Positions 63,896 to 64,000 of a stretch of 64,000 nt of DNA are shown in pieces. Source of the stretch: an uncultured Candidatus Saccharibacteria bacterium (GTDB lineage: Bacteria > Patescibacteriota > Minisyncoccia > Minisyncoccales > JANBVM01); NCBI GenBank assembly GCA_964450805.1, contig CAYVDD010000001.1, positions 134,595 through 198,594 of the forward strand, in the 5' to 3' direction. The translations under genes and the position numbers were made by a program. A model generated the notes under the pieces. The model saw only the letters and a program-made list of their open reading frames with translations, had not been told where the DNA came from and made no database searches. Numbering within the stretch: the stretch's first letter is position 1; every line of letters begins with the position of its first letter.

Positions 63896-64000
63896 TATCT
63901 ATATATATAATAACGTGGGTAAAAAACCCACGTCAAGTGGAAAACCTATACTTCCCTATGAAATGAAGATATATCAAAAAAACAGATAAATGGTTTTACA

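Overview
This is an AT-rich bacterial chromosomal window that uses the standard genetic code: TGA is used as a stop, for example at 11081-11083 and 24928-24930. The gene style suggests a Patescibacteria/CPR-like genome, which is an inference. Supporting features are very short intergenic spacers, K/E-rich tails on S16 and L7/L12, zinc-ribbon and DUF5652-like miniproteins, many stand-alone NUDIX/HAD/MazG/HAM1 hydrolases, and no tRNA gene with an encoded CCA.

Core content:
- nusB(partial)-rnc-rpsP, then khpA-trmD, tRNA-Tyr, tRNA-Thr and rpmG.
- A MacAB-like ABC efflux trio, then pcm, mltG, and rplJ-rplL with an L10-type leader.
- rlmN, an aminotransferase, a PrmC-like methyltransferase and a ClpB/ClpC-like AAA+ ATPase.
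- A dcw fragment: mraZ-rsmH-ftsL-like-ftsI-Mur ligase.
- A P-type ATPase, an amino-acid permease and a CaCA exchanger.
- rmuC, rplU, recR, dnaB, cysS, dnaX, greA, a UvrD-type helicase-nuclease and a tyrosine recombinase.
- Six tRNA genes in total.

Observations worth a second look:
1. A 2.7-kb ORF-poor, helix-dense insert lies between rpsP and the KH-protein gene. It is driven by two tandem consensus promoters and carries a 3-copy ~50-nt motif, so it is a candidate large structured RNA locus.
2. A full-length archaeal/eukaryotic-type TFIIB/TFB homologue sits in an otherwise bacterial context.
3. Single-gene cassettes, mostly nucleotide house-cleaning hydrolases, lie downstream of tRNA genes. 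They are delimited by tRNA-3'-end-like or GTTCTAAC-type boundary motifs. Evidence for rearrangement includes a 48-bp direct repeat, a duplicated and internally deleted dCMP deaminase, and a truncated GrpB fragment.
4. Two paralogous promoter / 5'-hairpin / acidic-micropeptide / terminator units are present.
5. Two adjacent tRNAs show an A18/G55 D-loop/T-loop covariation.
6. Compact terminator / extended -10 / leaderless-ATG modules recur across the window.

No CRISPR array, rRNA gene or recognisable transposase was seen.
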